Part shown: piece after piece, positions 63,847-64,000 of the stretch | Layout: the number at the start of each line of letters is the position of its first letter | Position numbering within the stretch: the first letter of the stretch is position 1 | Source of the DNA: an uncultured Porphyromonadaceae bacterium | Lineage (GTDB): Bacteria > Bacteroidota > Bacteroidia > Bacteroidales > UBA11471 | Assembly (NCBI GenBank): GCA_900547555.1 | Contig: URHG01000009.1 | Location: forward strand, 3,060-67,059 | Length of the DNA: 64,000 nt | Reading direction: 5' to 3' | Position numbers and translations under genes: made by a program | Notes under the pieces: generated by a model | What the model saw: only the letters and a program-made list of their open reading frames with translations | Told to the model about the DNA's origin: nothing | Database searches by the model: none

Positions 63847-64000
63847 CTAGAATATTTTCCGATATTCGGCGGGAAGGGGGTCTCCTTTGAGGGCTTTGTA
63901 GATATGGAGGCAGGCCCATGCATCGGTTGCCGCATAGAGCTGTTGGGCGTTTGTCAACTCCGGGGCTTCCCAATTGGATAGTTGTTGTGTTTTTGAAATT
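63847..64000 (-). CDS. 3'-5' exonuclease-domain (RNase D-like) protein, C-terminal fragment, truncated by window edge
   Basis: I translated the minus-strand frame by hand. It is open from the window edge to the TAG at 63847-63849 and reads ISKTQQLSNWEAPELTNAQQLYAATDAWACLHIYKALKGDPLPAEYRKIF. SNWE...Q..YAA.DAW is the ExoIII motif of DnaQ-like 3'-5' exonucleases. Confidence 0.7.
   Translation of the reverse strand, partial: ISKTQQLSNWEAPELTNAQQLYAATDAWACLHIYKALKGDPLPAEYRKIF

Noticed and set aside
1-64000. Mobile elements, prophage, defence islands and toxin-antitoxin pairs.
   Set aside because: No ORF in the track shows integrase, transposase, recombinase, restriction-modification, Cas, abortive-infection or phage structural motifs. 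No tRNA is present that could serve as an integration site. Apart from the loci flagged in the findings, gene content is housekeeping.

Overview
This is a chromosomal segment with the hallmarks of a Bacteroidales (Bacteroidota) genome. It has a SusC/SusD pair behind a FecR anti-sigma factor, lipoproteins with acidic residues right after the lipobox Cys, and three proteins ending in T9SS C-terminal sorting domains. TAnnTTTG -7 promoter boxes sit 18-158 nt upstream of many start codons, and no Shine-Dalgarno sequences are visible. I can support 48 protein-coding genes (one cut by the right window edge), 15 hairpin terminators, 16 promoter boxes and three copies of a mosaic palindromic intergenic repeat. 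I see no rRNA, tRNA, CRISPR array, transposase, integrase or phage module. Most of the window is core housekeeping: pssA-psd, pheT, prmA, cysK, uvrA, aguAB, phosphate uptake, ppdK, rlmD. Five regions deserve follow-up. (1) 0.16-12.2 kb: a FecR-gated Sus-like locus with no recognisable glycan-degrading enzyme. Its accessory genes are two predicted surface lipoproteins and a large secreted protein ending in a CxxC thioredoxin fold, followed by a T9SS cargo protein. (2) 33.0-35.2 kb: ManC plus a fusion of a HIGH-type nucleotidyltransferase with a GHMP sugar kinase. (3) 35.3-42.6 kb: two T9SS-sorted beta-helix/pectate-lyase-like proteins next to a hybrid-two-component-like periplasmic sensor that has no kinase or receiver and is joined directly to an AraC HTH. 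(4) The palindromic repeat family at 25.5, 39.7 and 54.7 kb. (5) An orphan promoter-palindrome-terminator mini-unit at 50.7 kb. All family calls rest on motifs read by eye from the ORF translations. No database search was possible, so names are hypotheses to confirm by HMM/BLAST.
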